From: Patescibacteria group bacterium
GTDB taxonomy: Bacteria; Patescibacteriota; SICC01
Assembly: GCA_040902515.1 (NCBI GenBank)
Contig: JBBDXB010000006.1
Coordinates: 335,814 to 399,813, forward strand
Length of the DNA: 64,000 nucleotides
Reading direction: 5' to 3'
Shown here: in pieces, positions 63,001-64,000 of the stretch
How the letters are laid out: the number at the start of each line of letters is the position of its first letter
How positions within the stretch are numbered: the stretch's first letter is position 1
Made by a program: the position numbers and the translations under genes
The notes under the pieces: model-generated
Told to the model about the DNA's origin: nothing
What the model saw: the letters and a program-made list of their open reading frames with translations, nothing else
Databases searched by the model: none

Positions 63001-63709
63001 GCCGGCGGAAGCGATCAAGGCACAGGTGGTGGCAGCCCGGACCTACGCCGCCCGGCAGATCAGCGCTCCGAAGACCGACATCTTCGACCTCTACGACGAT
63101 ACGCGCGACCAGGTCTATTCCGGTTACAACCGTGAGGCGGTCCAGCCGAACCACGTGAGCGCGATCAGTGCGACCAAGGGGAAAGTGATCAAGCGCGATG
63201 GAGCGCTGATCCAGGCCTTCTATAGCTCGAACGCGGCGGGACATACCGCCTCGAACGAGGAGGTATGGGGCGGCAGTCCGATCAATTACCTGCGCGGCAA
63301 GTCCGACGGCTACTCGCTGGCGTCCGACACCGACCATCTCTGGCCGGACACCACCTCCCGCGACACGATCAAGACGAACTACGGCTACGGCTGCACGGTG
63401 ACCGGCGTCAGCGTTCCGGTCACCTACACCTCCGGCCGGATGAAGACGGTGCGGCTCTCCGGGAGCGGTTGCGCGACCAAGGATTACACGCTGGCGGCGG
63501 ACACCCACCGGAGCCGGCTGGGCCTGCCGAGTTCGCAGGTGACGGGTGTCAGCAAGAGCGGCACGGACTTTGTCTTCTCGGGGAAAGGGTTCGGTCACGG
63601 CATCGGCATGAGCCAGTGGGGTACCTACCGGCGGGCCGCGGCCGGCCAAGGTTACGCGACGATCCTCGGGTTCTACTACACCGGTGTGTCGATCACGAAC
63701 CTGTACTAG
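60014..63709 (+). CDS. giant secreted protein (1231 aa): N-terminal peptidase S8 (subtilisin) domain, four tandem ~120-aa beta-sandwich-like repeats, and a C-terminal SpoIID/LytB domain
   Basis: Signal peptide. S8 catalytic triad motifs (DTGVNRSHQDL; HGHGTLTSS; GTSLSTPHVAG). Four repeats (…FKNTG…W…NPVRLGT…PGETARF.F…EYFQP…W). C-terminal SpoIID motifs (AQVVAARTYAARQ; YSSNAAGHT; GHGIGMSQWG). Confidence 0.9.
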   Translation: MTRSTRRILAHSAIVTACVAVTAVAGVVLLSQQAEPAAPAALDAVERIERVTEVAGQPVERVEVGGRETKAAAGRLVVTLESDEAKARFGDRLTPTTLPDTYLLAIDGPLESERRAVAAVPGVTQVTPDYVVTATRTPDDPQYSSHQWNLPKIDAPQAWDRTIGDASLLSANIDTGVNRSHQDLTARMWTNAGETPDNGVDDDGNGYIDDYHGMDFVNATQPESGVFQNDADGPLDDHGHGTLTSSVTGAATDNATGIAGVDWQAKIVAVKVLDSDGFGFFSDVAEGIRYASVVGAKTANLSLGAFGVDSDAMTDAAIEYATGRGTIVVAASGNDGSSTVVDYPAKHPDAIAVGATGSTDVRASYSNGGPELDLVAPGSGIRGAGLGSTSYINASGTSLSTPHVAGVASLLKSINPGLTTAQVRSILHKSADKVSGMNGATRTDLYGYGRLNAKRALDQLKPYSARWAGQSAHPSISPGEDATVHVDFKNTGSLAWSNTGSNPVRLGTSHPRDRWSPFYNDTWLTPTRTGSFTGRVEGDGSVTTTGTIEPGETARFSFTMTAPPRTTVANLREYFQPVAEGVTWLEDWGMYLEPTVSGETYAYEYVSQTNTSGVMQPNERQEVTIDLKNTGTAAWRNDTLFDFKLGTSRTRDRSSITYNDTWQVPNRIGAFKGTVSGGVLTETNAVEPGETARFRFDFKAPSGGTNHKEYFQPLIERFAWLKDIGIYWSIVVPSQSYDYQWVSQSAHPVMEEGATATVSIRLKNIGSSNWQSDGSNPVRLGTDRPQDRLSGFTDGGSAAGWIGMNRVKLTRNVTDTGKNVDGETTVAPGEVGEFEFDVVGDPAPGTYREYFRPVTEGIAWMRDIGIYWDMTVSHPIDVGLAQQGSMTFTSDGTVTIRDVLGAVRGTASAGQTVTLRYTGSSYQAVLPSGTITSCCALTAEQGANSLFTISDLANGGSNNRFRGSLAIRNGTVGSWAVNTLNLEEYLRGLGEVPDSWPAEAIKAQVVAARTYAARQISAPKTDIFDLYDDTRDQVYSGYNREAVQPNHVSAISATKGKVIKRDGALIQAFYSSNAAGHTASNEEVWGGSPINYLRGKSDGYSLASDTDHLWPDTTSRDTIKTNYGYGCTVTGVSVPVTYTSGRMKTVRLSGSGCATKDYTLAADTHRSRLGLPSSQVTGVSKSGTDFVFSGKGFGHGIGMSQWGTYRRAAAGQGYATILGFYYTGVSITNLY

Positions 63710-63772
63710 TCCGGCGCGCCTGGACTGACGTCCTGCTGGCCTAAGCAGCCGAGTTTATGGTAGATTGCTTGT

Positions 63773-64000
63773 GTGAAGCAACCGACCTTTATACTGGCGG
63801 CGGGCTTCGTGCTGGGAATCGCCGTGGCGTCGTGGCTGCCGCTGCTGTTGCTCATACCGTTCGGGTTGATTTCGCTCGTGATGCGGGCACCTGCACTGGC
63901 GGTCGGTCTCGGCCTTGGAGCGGCCCGGCTGGTTTCCGTCCCGCTCGAACCTCCTGTCGACGACCTGTCGGTCCTTGCCGGAAACCGCATGGAAGTCAGA
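63773..64000 (+). CDS. 5' end of a polytopic membrane protein gene (possibly ComEC-like), truncated by the window edge
   Basis: GTG start. VKQPTFILAAGFVLGIAVASWLPLLLLIPFGLISL… resembles ComEC N-termini. Very partial. Confidence 0.3.
   Translation, partial: MKQPTFILAAGFVLGIAVASWLPLLLLIPFGLISLVMRAPALAVGLGLGAARLVSVPLEPPVDDLSVLAGNRMEVR

Noticed and set aside
60857-63649. 930-aa minus-strand ORF antisense to the S8-SpoIID gene
   Set aside because: The plus-strand gene has a clear catalytic triad and SpoIID motifs. The antisense ORF is Arg/Gly/Pro-rich noise.
1-64000. CRISPR arrays, transposases, integrases, phage structural genes, retron or DGR reverse transcriptases
   Set aside because: Looked for regularly spaced direct repeats, DDE or tyrosine-recombinase motifs, and RT motifs (YxDD) in all long ORFs. 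None found.

Overview
This 64-kb window is a visibly GC-rich, gene-dense stretch of bacterial chromosome. Genes are tightly packed on both strands, with many 1-14 nt gene overlaps. Spurious long antisense ORFs are common, as expected at this GC content.

The core content is housekeeping. It includes a short pyruvate kinase, guaA, valS, tsaD, polA, mutM, holA, rpsT, a DHH/NrnA-like phosphoesterase, truB-rpsO-pnp, nfo, a family-4 UDG, RNase J and lepA. There is also a heat-shock locus, hrcA-grpE-dnaK with a perfect CIRCE operator, followed by folE, a 2OG-oxygenase-like gene, a membrane J-protein and dnaJ.

The cell-envelope and surface content is more unusual. It comprises a FemAB-family transferase next to a Mur ligase, a DsbB/DsbA pair, two CDP-alcohol phosphatidyltransferases and a PilB/GspE-type ATPase. 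A minus-strand operon encodes three prepilins plus a 606-aa pilus-associated protein. There are two SpoIID-domain proteins; one is a 1231-aa subtilisin(S8)-repeat-SpoIID fusion.

Five tRNA or tRNA-like genes are present: an atypical 118-nt tRNA-like gene with a 46-nt insertion in the anticodon arm, a probable tRNA-Val(GAC), tRNA-Ser(GGA) and tRNA-Lys(UUU). Several lower-GC islets of hypothetical genes sit beside the tRNA genes.

There are several near-consensus sigma70 promoters, two of which would give leaderless or near-leaderless mRNAs. U-tract-poor GC hairpin terminators are frequent. Low-complexity tails on RNA-metabolism proteins (S20, NrnA-like, RNase J) are a recurring theme.

No CRISPR array, integrase, transposase or prophage structural genes were recognised. 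The gene repertoire (T4P, FemAB, SpoIID-domain hydrolases, fused or extended ribosomal and RNase proteins, pervasive gene overlap) is compatible with a small-genome, possibly Patescibacteria/CPR-like lineage. That is inference only.
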